This document shows, piece by piece, positions 39,737-47,772 of a DNA stretch of 64,000 nucleotides (position 1 is the first letter of the stretch; each line of letters opens with the position of its first letter). Under the pieces are notes generated by a model. That model was not told the DNA's origin and did not search any database. It saw nothing but the letters and a program-made list of their open reading frames with translations. The translations under genes and the position numbers were made by a program. This stretch comes from Candidatus Omnitrophota bacterium (lineage in GTDB: Bacteria > Omnitrophota > Gorgyraeia > Gorgyraeales > Gorgyraeaceae): NCBI GenBank assembly GCA_042572045.1, contig JBHPFI010000003.1, forward strand, positions 6,342-70,341, in the 5' to 3' direction.

Positions 39737-41668
39737 ATGGAAGAGTTTACCATTACATTCCTGCCTGAAAAGAAAACCATTTTAGTGGACAGGGGAACAG
39801 ATCTCCTGACAGCCGCTATTAAAGCTGGCATACATATATATAATAGCTGCGGGGGAGAAGGTGTGTGCGGCAGATGCAAGGTGATTGTAAAGAAGGGCAG
39901 GTACGCAACAGAGTATAGCGGAAGGATTTCTGAAAAAGAGCGCAAAAAGGGTTACGTGCTTGCCTGCAGGACAACGCCTGGCTCTAACATGGCTATACTG
40001 GTCCCCCCGGAATCCAGGTTAGGGGATATCGAGGTCCTTACGGATGAAGTAAGGGCAAAGCGCCTCGCAGGCCTTTATACCCCTGCTGAGAAAATAAAGG
40101 AAGAAACGCGTAAAGCGGAAATAAAGATATTCAAACACGGCCCTTTGTCCACAAAATTATTTCTAAAACTCCATCCCCCTTTAATAGATGACAACTGTGG
40201 CGATGTAGAAAGGCTTTTTAGAGAGATAAGAAGAGGCAGAAATATTCCTGTGATGCAGATGGGCTTGGGCAATATAAAAAAATTGCCTCATCTTTTAAGA
40301 GAAAGCAACTGGCTAGTCACAGCGACGCTGGGGAACAGGAACGGCACCATAGAAGTGGTGTTGATCGAACCAGGCGATACTGCTGGCAAAAACTTCGGCA
40401 TAGCCCTGGATATCGGCACAACTACCGTAGTGGCGTATTTAGTAGATTTAAAATCGCAGAAGGTATTAAGCGCAAAGGCGAGCTATAACCCTCAGATTGA
40501 TTTTGGAGAGGATGTGATTTCCAGGATTGTATATGCGCAAGAAGGAAGAGGCCTTGAAAAATTGCATCATGCGGTAATAGATGTGGTAAATACGCTTATA
40601 TGCGGCCTTGCGAAAGAGCAAGATTTGACCTTGGACGACATTACGGCAGTAGTGTGCGCGGGCAACACCACTATGACCCACCTTTTGCTAAAAATAGAAC
40701 CGGCGTATATAAGAAAAGAACCTTACGTGCCTGCTGTAAATTTTATGCCTGTGATCAGGGCTGCGGAGGCCGGGATAAAGGTGCATCCGCGAGGGCTTCT
40801 TTCCTGCCTACCTTCCATAGGAAGCTATGTCGGCGGCGATATAATTAGCGGCGTTCTTGCATCTGGCATAGATGACACAAGCGAAACCTCACTTTTTATA
40901 GACCTGGGCACGAATGGCGAGGTTGTTCTTGGGAATAAAGAGTATTTTATGGCGTGTTCCACATCTGCCGGTCCTTGTTTTGAAGGAGGAGGGTTAACTT
41001 CGGGCGTCAGGGCAATGAAGGGCGCAGTACAAAGCGTTTCTATAAAAGATAACAAGCTATTCGCAGAAACCATAGGCGAGGCGGCACCGATAGGCATATG
41101 CGGCTCCGGCATAATAGAGGCGATCAGTGTATTCTTGCAATATAAGATCATAGACCGCTCTGGAAAAATAAAGGATAATGACGTTTGCAAAGTGCGTGAT
41201 GCCGACGGGGTAAACGAAATTGTTCTCGTGGATAAGGAAAATTCAGCCACCGGCAAAGATGTGACCATTGACGAAAACGACATTAAAAACGTTATTCATT
41301 CAAAAGGCGCCATCTACACAGGGATAGAAACCCTATTGAGAGAATCCGGCTACAAGAACTCTGATTTAAAGCATGTTTTTATTGCCGGGGGCATGGGTAC
41401 GGCGTTAAATATAAGATCTGCCATAAACATCGGGCTTTTGCCTGATTTACCCGAGGACAAATTCGAGTTTTTAGGGAATACTTCGATAACAGGTGCAAAG
41501 ATGTGTATACTTTCGAACGAGGCAATGGAAAAAGCGCATTCAATTGCCAACAAAATGACGTATCTTGATTTGAGCACAAATTCATCTTTTATGAATAATT
41601 ACAGCGCGACACTTTTTTTACCGCATACTGATATAGAGTTATTTCCGACAGTAAAGAAGATATTATAG
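39737..41668 (+). CDS. acsV: reductive activator of the corrinoid Fe-S protein (RACo/AcsV; 2Fe-2S ferredoxin + ASKHA ATPase)
   Basis: N-terminal plant-type ferredoxin CGGEGVCGRCKV, ASKHA phosphate loop ALDIGTTTV, DLGTNGE. Confidence 0.85.
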   Translation: MEEFTITFLPEKKTILVDRGTDLLTAAIKAGIHIYNSCGGEGVCGRCKVIVKKGRYATEYSGRISEKERKKGYVLACRTTPGSNMAILVPPESRLGDIEVLTDEVRAKRLAGLYTPAEKIKEETRKAEIKIFKHGPLSTKLFLKLHPPLIDDNCGDVERLFREIRRGRNIPVMQMGLGNIKKLPHLLRESNWLVTATLGNRNGTIEVVLIEPGDTAGKNFGIALDIGTTTVVAYLVDLKSQKVLSAKASYNPQIDFGEDVISRIVYAQEGRGLEKLHHAVIDVVNTLICGLAKEQDLTLDDITAVVCAGNTTMTHLLLKIEPAYIRKEPYVPAVNFMPVIRAAEAGIKVHPRGLLSCLPSIGSYVGGDIISGVLASGIDDTSETSLFIDLGTNGEVVLGNKEYFMACSTSAGPCFEGGGLTSGVRAMKGAVQSVSIKDNKLFAETIGEAAPIGICGSGIIEAISVFLQYKIIDRSGKIKDNDVCKVRDADGVNEIVLVDKENSATGKDVTIDENDIKNVIHSKGAIYTGIETLLRESGYKNSDLKHVFIAGGMGTALNIRSAINIGLLPDLPEDKFEFLGNTSITGAKMCILSNEAMEKAHSIANKMTYLDLSTNSSFMNNYSATLFLPHTDIELFPTVKKIL

Positions 41669-41676
41669 GCCTCTAT

Positions 41677-42450
41677 ATGACGAATGTCAGGGCGCCATAT
41701 ATAATCGCGATTGCAGGAAAGGGTGGGGTTGGAAAAACAACCATTAGCGCGCTTTTGATTCGGCATCTTGTGAAAATCAATAGCCCGGTGCTAGCTGTTG
41801 ACGCTGATCCGAATTCTAATCTTAATGTATTGCTGGGCTTTGATTACGATAAGACTATTTCGGATATACGGGAAGAGGCGAAAAAACTTTCCTCCTCAAG
41901 TTTTTCAAAAAGCGATTTCTTTAATCTAAGGTTGCAAGAAATACTTTTCGAAGGCGACGGCGTGGACCTTCTTGTCATGGGACGACCGGAAGGACCTGGT
42001 TGCTATTGCGCTGTTAATAATATTTTAAGAGAGCACCTGTCCAAGCTGAGCAAAAATTATAACTTTGTCGTAATAGACAATGAGGCTGGCATGGAGCATC
42101 TGAGCCGACGCACAGCAAATAATATAGATAGGCTTCTTTTGGTCAGCGACACAACACCTGTCGGCATACATTCGGCCATAAATGCCTTTCAGGCCGCGCA
42201 AAAGATCGATTTAAAAATAAAGCGCGCCTCGTTATTGATTAATAAATCAAAAGTGCCGCTCAAGGAGGATGGAATAAGACTGATAGAGGGATCTGGCTTA
42301 GGCATAGCTGGCTACATTCGCTTTCAAGAAGAGATACAGCAAAATAGCGAATCAGGGGCATCGATCTCAAACATTAAGATCAAGGGCATGAATAGTGTTT
42401 TTGACAATTTAATATGCGAGAGCGAGGCCATCTCTCGCCACAACAAATAA
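41677..42450 (+). CDS. acsF: ACS nickel-insertion accessory ATPase (CooC/AcsF family)
   Basis: P-loop GKGGVGKTT, C-x-C motif GPGCYCA. Confidence 0.85.
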   Translation: MTNVRAPYIIAIAGKGGVGKTTISALLIRHLVKINSPVLAVDADPNSNLNVLLGFDYDKTISDIREEAKKLSSSSFSKSDFFNLRLQEILFEGDGVDLLVMGRPEGPGCYCAVNNILREHLSKLSKNYNFVVIDNEAGMEHLSRRTANNIDRLLLVSDTTPVGIHSAINAFQAAQKIDLKIKRASLLINKSKVPLKEDGIRLIEGSGLGIAGYIRFQEEIQQNSESGASISNIKIKGMNSVFDNLICESEAISRHNK

Positions 42451-42469
42451 ACCAATGCGCGGAGGCACG

Positions 42470-43429
42470 ATGGAAAGAGCGATTGAAAAATGGCAGGATA
42501 AGATATGCGAGGTTGCGCTCGGGGCATCAAAGGAAGAAGGGGGCTCTCGAACAGGAACGATTAAAGTCGGAGGAGAAACAGGGATCTACTTCATAAAAGG
42601 CGAAGATGCCTGTCCTAATTCTCCTGTGATAGCCATGGAGGTGTGGGACATGGAGCCGGAATCCTGGCCAGTATCTTTAAAGGCGAATTTTGGCAGCGCA
42701 TTAAAAAACCCTACTGAATGGGCAAAGATATGCGTTGAGAAATTTTCAGCGGACTTAATATGTCTGAGGCTCGCCAGCGTGCATCCAGACGCAAAGAACG
42801 CTTCTTCGGAAGAGGCAGGAAAAACGCTTGAATCGATCCTTAAGGCAGTAAGCGTGCCTTTGATTGTGCTAGGGAGCTCATCGCCTGAAAAAGACAACGA
42901 GGCAATGGTGCACTGCGCTGAAGTCGCAAAAGGGGAGAATTGCCTCTTTGGAATCGCTACCCAGGGAAATTACAAGACATTAACTGCCGCGTGTATAAGC
43001 GGAGGGCACTCTATTATTTCAGAGGCGCCAATAGATATAAACATCGCCAAACAGCTAAACATACTCATATGCGACATGCAATTTTCGGCAAATAAGATTG
43101 TTATACATCACGCTACAGGGGCGCTAGGGTATGGCTTAGAGTATACATACTCTATAATGGAAAGAACAAGGCTTGCGGGTCTTTCAGGGGATAAGATGCT
43201 TTCTATGCCATTGATAAATTTTGTAGGGCAAGAGGTCTGGCGCACAAAGGAGGCTAAGACAGGGGACGAGGTTTCTAAGGACTGGGGTCCGGCAAAACAT
43301 AGAGGGGCGTTGCTGGAAATGGCAACAGCCGTTGCTTATTTAAATGCCGGTTCTGACATACTCGTTATGAGCCACCCAAAGGCCGTCGAGGAGACAAAAA
43401 AAGTAATAAACGATCTGTGCAAAAATTAG
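42470..43429 (+). CDS. acsD: corrinoid iron-sulfur protein small subunit
   Basis: Length and position between acsF and acsE, overall resemblance to AcsD TIM-barrel subunits. ATG 42470 follows GGAGG. Confidence 0.8.
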   Translation: MERAIEKWQDKICEVALGASKEEGGSRTGTIKVGGETGIYFIKGEDACPNSPVIAMEVWDMEPESWPVSLKANFGSALKNPTEWAKICVEKFSADLICLRLASVHPDAKNASSEEAGKTLESILKAVSVPLIVLGSSSPEKDNEAMVHCAEVAKGENCLFGIATQGNYKTLTAACISGGHSIISEAPIDINIAKQLNILICDMQFSANKIVIHHATGALGYGLEYTYSIMERTRLAGLSGDKMLSMPLINFVGQEVWRTKEAKTGDEVSKDWGPAKHRGALLEMATAVAYLNAGSDILVMSHPKAVEETKKVINDLCKN

Positions 43430-43485
43430 AGCATCAAGCAACATAAAAATCATGATGCCTGGCATCTAACCTCAAGGGAGAACAT

Positions 43486-44280
43486 ATGTTTATCATCGGC
43501 GAGCGAATAAATGGGATGTTTAATGACGTGGCGGATGCCCTAAAGAAAAAGGATGAATCGGTCATACAGGGTCTTGCGGAAAAACAGATTGCATGCGGCG
43601 CAAATGCGCTGGATGTAAATGTAGGGCCGTCTTCTGACAGCCCAAAAGAGGCCATGCAGTGGCTTGTAAGAACCATTACCGCAGTCACTGATATAACGCT
43701 TGCCATCGATACCACAAAAAACGATGTAATGGAGGCCGGGCTTTCGTTGTGCAAGTCAGAGCCTATAATCAATTCTGTAAACGCCAATCAGGATAAAATG
43801 AATTCGCTTTTTGCGCTCGCAAAAAAATACAACGCGTCTATTATAGGGCTAACTATGGATAAGTCTGGCATACCAAAAGACGCTGAAGGTCGGTTAGAGC
43901 TCGGCATGAAGATAGTGGCATTTGCTCTTGAGCAGGATTTTGATATATCTAAACTTTACATCGACTCTGTGATCCTGCCTGTAAATGTCGCGCAGGTTCA
44001 CGCAAAAGAAGTGTTAAAAACAATAAGGGATTCGAAGATGTTGGCAGCCCCTCCGCCAAAGACAATGCTTGGCCTGTCTAACGTGTCCCAGGGCGCGCCA
44101 TACGAAAACAAGCCCCTTATAAACAGAACGTTTATGGTAATGGCAATAGCTTCGGGCCTAGACGGAGCCATTATGGATGTTACTGACAAAGAATTAGTCG
44201 ATGCGGGAATAACCGCAGAGCTTTTAATGGAAAAACAGCTTTACTGCGACTCTTATATCGAGGCATACAGAAAAAAGTAA
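43486..44280 (+). CDS. acsE: methyl-THF:corrinoid/iron-sulfur protein methyltransferase
   Basis: MFIIGERING N-terminus, pterin-binding barrel blocks (LDVNVG, INSV, GLSNVS). Confidence 0.9.
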   Translation: MFIIGERINGMFNDVADALKKKDESVIQGLAEKQIACGANALDVNVGPSSDSPKEAMQWLVRTITAVTDITLAIDTTKNDVMEAGLSLCKSEPIINSVNANQDKMNSLFALAKKYNASIIGLTMDKSGIPKDAEGRLELGMKIVAFALEQDFDISKLYIDSVILPVNVAQVHAKEVLKTIRDSKMLAAPPPKTMLGLSNVSQGAPYENKPLINRTFMVMAIASGLDGAIMDVTDKELVDAGITAELLMEKQLYCDSYIEAYRKK

Positions 44281-44305
44281 GTTCGTCCGCCTCAGGCGGA
44301 CGAAC
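44281..44305. repeat. 11-bp stem hairpin GTTCGTCCGCC-TCA-GGCGGACGAAC immediately after the acsE stop
   Basis: The core 17-mer is the reverse complement of 3802-3818. Confidence 0.7.
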
Positions 44306-44339
44306 TTATCCTTGACGTTTTTTTTGAGGTTATTGGGAA
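44301..44339 (+). repeat. shared intergenic motif CGAACTTATCCTTGAsG-T-run-GGTTATT, copy 2
   Basis: Aligns with 23625-23661. Confidence 0.6.
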
Positions 44340-44758
44340 TGACGGTTATTACTAAAAAAATAAAATTAAATACAAAGGGCTCTACGGACATTATTAACAT
44401 TACGGATCAGACGAGAGAGATTGTGTCCAAGACTGCGACAAAAAACGGGATTGTCCTTATTTTTGTGCCTGGTTCAACCGGAGGGCTCACTACCGTAGAA
44501 TACGAACCGGGGCTTGTCCAGGATCTAAAGAAGTTTTTTGAAAAGATAGCCCCTGAGTCCAGCACATATCAACATGATTTACGCTGGCACGATGGCAATG
44601 GGCACGCTCACGTAAGGGCCTCTTTTTTAGGGCCTAGCATATCAGTTCCATTTGTTAACAAGACCTTGCAGCTCGGCACATGGCAGCAGATTATATTCAT
44701 AGATTTTGACAACAGGCCAAGATCGAGAGAGTTGATATTTCAGATAGTGGGGGACTGA
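44339..44758 (+). CDS. yjbQ: YjbQ/UPF0047 family protein (secondary thiamine-phosphate synthase-like)
   Basis: About 139 aa, DITD..., HDLRWHDGNGHAHVRASFLGPS, tail RPRSRELIFQIVG typical of the family. Confidence 0.8.
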   Translation: MTVITKKIKLNTKGSTDIINITDQTREIVSKTATKNGIVLIFVPGSTGGLTTVEYEPGLVQDLKKFFEKIAPESSTYQHDLRWHDGNGHAHVRASFLGPSISVPFVNKTLQLGTWQQIIFIDFDNRPRSRELIFQIVGD

Positions 44759-44783
44759 TATTGTTGTTCGGGATGGAGAATAC

Positions 44784-46070
44784 ATGAAGCCGATATTACA
44801 AGTTGCCCTGGATTTTGTGAATTTAAAACGGGCTCTTAAGTGCGCCGAAGAAGCGGTGAAAGGCGGGGCGGATTGGATAGAAGCAGGCACCCCTCTTATA
44901 AAAAGCGAGGGCCTGAATGCAGTAAGGAAATTACGTGAAAGATTTCCGAGAAAAACAATAGTTGCTGACATGAAGATAATGGATACTGGTCGCACAGAAG
45001 TAGAGATCGCTGCCAAGGCAGGCGCAAACGTGGTTTGTGTTCTCGGTGCCAGCAGTGACTCAACCATAAAGGAATGCGTTGAGGCAGCGCGTAATTACGG
45101 GGCGAAGATACAGGTAGATCTGATTGCGATAAAGAATGCGGGGAAACGCGCCGCGGAAATACAAAAATTCGGAATTGATTATATAGGCGTTCATTGCGCA
45201 ATTGACGACCAGATGCGGGCAAAGGATCCCCTTGGCCAGTTAAGGGAAATCTCAAAGAAAATAAGCGTACCGATAGCGGCTGCAGGTGGAATAAACTCTG
45301 AAACAGCTCCTGAGGTGATAAAGTCCGGGGCAAGCATTGTTATTGTTGGTGGGGCGATCAGCAAGGCAGGCGATGCGGAAAAAGCCACCCGCCGCATAAA
45401 ACAATCGATCTTGAGCATGAAGAAGATAAAGACAGAGTTTTTCAAGAGGGTATCCGAAAAAGATATAGAAAAGATTTTAAAAAATGTCTCTACAGCAAAC
45501 TTGTCAGACGCGATGCACAGGAGCGGGGATTTAAAAAATTTGCAGGCGATTAGCCCTGGAATAAAGATGTATGGTAAGGCGCTTACGGTGAGGACCTATC
45601 CTGGGGATTGGGCAAAGGCGGTAGAAGCAGTTGAGGTGGCTGATGCCGGTCAGGTTATTGTCATTGACGCAGGAGGCGTTGGTCCTAGTGTATGGGGGGA
45701 ACTGGCGACGCATGGAGCGATTCAAAAAAAGATATCAGGCGTTGTAATAGATGGGGCCATTCGGGACGTTCAGGAAATAAGACGCCTTAAATTCCCCGCG
45801 TTCGCCAAGATCATATCGCCTACGGCGGGAGAACCGAAAGGGTTTGGAGAGATCGGTGTCCCCGTGAACATAAGCGGCACAAAAATATTCCCGGGAGATT
45901 ACATTGTAGGGGACGGCGATGGCGTGATCGTCGTTCCCGGACAAAAGGCCATAGAGTTGACCAACAGGGCCATGGGCATTCTTGAGATGGAAGACCGATT
46001 AAGAAAAGAAATAGACGACGGAAACACGCTGGCAAATATAATAGAGCTTTTGAAATGGGAAAAAAAGTAG
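44784..46070 (+). CDS. fusion protein: 3-hexulose-6-phosphate synthase domain + RraA/HMG-aldolase-like domain
   Basis: N-terminal half aligns along its length with HxlA-type HPS (LQVALDF..IEAGTPLIK..ADMKIMD..GGI..VIVGGAI). C-terminal half has RraA-type blocks (ANLSDAM, VIVIDAGG...VWGELAT, DGAIRD, GDGDGVIVVP). Confidence 0.8.
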   Translation: MKPILQVALDFVNLKRALKCAEEAVKGGADWIEAGTPLIKSEGLNAVRKLRERFPRKTIVADMKIMDTGRTEVEIAAKAGANVVCVLGASSDSTIKECVEAARNYGAKIQVDLIAIKNAGKRAAEIQKFGIDYIGVHCAIDDQMRAKDPLGQLREISKKISVPIAAAGGINSETAPEVIKSGASIVIVGGAISKAGDAEKATRRIKQSILSMKKIKTEFFKRVSEKDIEKILKNVSTANLSDAMHRSGDLKNLQAISPGIKMYGKALTVRTYPGDWAKAVEAVEVADAGQVIVIDAGGVGPSVWGELATHGAIQKKISGVVIDGAIRDVQEIRRLKFPAFAKIISPTAGEPKGFGEIGVPVNISGTKIFPGDYIVGDGDGVIVVPGQKAIELTNRAMGILEMEDRLRKEIDDGNTLANIIELLKWEKK

Positions 46071-47167
46071 CTCAAAATAAGATATTCATAGCAGCCACGA
46101 GACAGAATGACGGAAAAACTACTTTGTCCATGGGTCTTATTAATACCCTTAAGAAAAGATTAAAAAGCGTTGGTTTTATAAAACCTGTTGGCCAAAGATA
46201 TGTTATCGATGGAGGATTTAAGGTTGACGAAGATTCGGTCCTCATCGAAAATGTTTGTGGCATGAAGTGCCGATTGAAAGACATGAGCCCCGTGGCTATA
46301 GAGAGAGGTTTTACAGAAAAATATATAAGGACAGGGGGTTACGAAAAATTGGTCGATGACATCGTCGGGTCATTTAAGCGCGTGTCCAAAGGAAAAAGTC
46401 TTATTGTAATCGAAGGCACTGGTCATGCAGGCGTTGGGGCCGTGTTTGATCTTTCCAACGCAAAGATAGCAAAGCTTCTGGGCGCCAAGGTAATACTCAT
46501 AACATCAGGGGGAATAGGCAGACCTATAGACGAGATAGAGCTCAACATGGCCTTGTTTGAAAAAGAAGGCGTTGAGGTGATAGGCGTCATCGTTAACAAG
46601 GTCATACCGTCAAAATATAAAAAAATACAGCAGGTGCTCAAGCTTGGTTTTAAGCGTAAAGGCGTTGATTTGCTGGGCACCATACCATATATGCCACTAT
46701 TATCAACGCCTACTATGCAGCATATTTTAGAAGAAACAGATGTAGAGCTTATTTCAAAAAAAGTTGGCATGCGCAATAAGATTCAAAAGATACTGATAGG
46801 GGCCATGGAGCCACACAATGCGTTGTCTTATATAGAAAACGACTGCCTTCTGATAACGCCCGGAGACAGGGAAGACATGCTTATGACCCTATTAAGCGTG
46901 CATCTTCTGAAAAAATCTAAAAAGAGTTTTTCGATTTCAGGAATAATCCTGACAGGGGGCATAATCCCTAATCAAAAAATAATGACACTTATACAAAGCG
47001 CAAAGATACCTGTTTTTCTGAGCAAAAAACACACCTATGCGGCTGCGTCCCAGATATATGACTTGGCTATAAAAATAAGGCCTGAGGATAAAGAAAAAAC
47101 AAAAATGGCAACAAGGTTAGTAGAAGAGTACGTGGATATAGACAAGATACTATCTAAAATTAAATAA
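46055..47167 (+). CDS. protein homologous to the N-terminal (BioD-like P-loop + DRTGG) region of class II phosphotransacetylase, lacking the catalytic PTA domain
   Basis: IFIAATRQNDGKTTLSMGL, VIEGTGHAGVG, VIVNKV, LITPGDRED..ILTGG pattern as in the E. coli Pta N-terminus. 370 aa; overlaps the upstream gene by 16 nt. Confidence 0.7.
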   Translation: MGKKVAQNKIFIAATRQNDGKTTLSMGLINTLKKRLKSVGFIKPVGQRYVIDGGFKVDEDSVLIENVCGMKCRLKDMSPVAIERGFTEKYIRTGGYEKLVDDIVGSFKRVSKGKSLIVIEGTGHAGVGAVFDLSNAKIAKLLGAKVILITSGGIGRPIDEIELNMALFEKEGVEVIGVIVNKVIPSKYKKIQQVLKLGFKRKGVDLLGTIPYMPLLSTPTMQHILEETDVELISKKVGMRNKIQKILIGAMEPHNALSYIENDCLLITPGDREDMLMTLLSVHLLKKSKKSFSISGIILTGGIIPNQKIMTLIQSAKIPVFLSKKHTYAAASQIYDLAIKIRPEDKEKTKMATRLVEEYVDIDKILSKIK

Positions 47168-47207
47168 CAAGGGCTATTAAACGTTTCTAAGATAAAAAGG
47201 GGGTTAT

Positions 47208-47375
47208 ATGTTTGGTATTGGCATGCCAGAGCTTATTCTGATACTTCTAATATGTCTGCTTGTATTTGGGGCAAGCAAGCTCCCGGAAATAGCCAAAAAT
47301 CTCGGTAAAGGCATAAAAGAATTCAAGAATGAAATGAAGGACGAGGGCAAAAAAGAAGGGGAAGACAAAAGGTAA
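47208..47375 (+). CDS. tatA: twin-arginine translocase subunit TatA/E
   Basis: 55-aa ORF not in the track: [40 protein letters not shown]... SD AAAGGGGG upstream. Confidence 0.85.
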   Translation: MFGIGMPELILILLICLLVFGASKLPEIAKNLGKGIKEFKNEMKDEGKKEGEDKR

Positions 47376-47384
47376 GGCCCCTCG

Positions 47385-47429
47385 CCCTAACTTGACAAAT
47401 CAGTCAATGATAAATGTGTCAAGTTAGGG
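47385..47429 (+). repeat. CTTGAnAAATC..TCAATGAnAAA element, copy B, with 13-bp perfect outer inverted repeat
   Basis: CCCTAACTTGACA-N19-TGTCAAGTTAGGG. The interior matches copy A. Confidence 0.85.
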
Positions 47430-47448
47430 CGTGCAGCTGATATTGTCC

Positions 47449-47477
47449 TTGACAATAGAGATGTTTTTGGATAAAAT
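47449..47477 (+). promoter_or_regulatory. sigma70-like promoter upstream of rpsU
   Basis: TTGACA-N17-TAAAAT, about 90 nt upstream of the rpsU ATG. Confidence 0.6.
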
Positions 47478-47566
47478 GCACATTAATTAATCGCCTGTTA
47501 GGCATTGAATAGTCTTAACTACCTAAGGGGGCGAGATTACGATTAACGAAAAGGGGTGAAATTCAA

Positions 47567-47740
47567 ATGTCAAAAGTAGTAATTGCACCTGGCGAACCAT
47601 TAGAGAGAGCTCTTAGGCGTTTTAAAAAGAAAATAGAGCGGGATGGCGTGTTAAAACAGTTAAAGGCGCGCAAGCACTACGAAAAGCCAAGTGAAAAAAA
47701 GAGAAAACGACGAAGAACTACAAAAATCCCCAGGTATTAG
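47567..47740 (+). CDS. rpsU: 30S ribosomal protein S21
   Basis: 57-aa ORF not in the track: MSKVVIAPGEPLERALRRFKKKIERDGVLKQLKARKHYEKPSEKKRKRRR... Confidence 0.9.
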   Translation: MSKVVIAPGEPLERALRRFKKKIERDGVLKQLKARKHYEKPSEKKRKRRRTTKIPRY

Positions 47741-47772
47741 TTTTAAAATATAAAAGAGAAATACAAGGTCAA

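Noticed and set aside
47385-47429. 13-bp palindrome after tatA as an intrinsic terminator
   Set aside because: The stem is not followed by a U-tract (CGTGCAGC follows) and the 19-nt loop is long. The terminator call is not supported, although some 3'-end function cannot be excluded.
47478-47566. Possible structured autoregulatory leader of rpsU
   Set aside because: Only short alternative complementarities are visible by eye (TTAATCG/CGATTAA, TCGCC/GGCGA, GCC-N5-GGC). There is no basis for a specific fold without covariation data.
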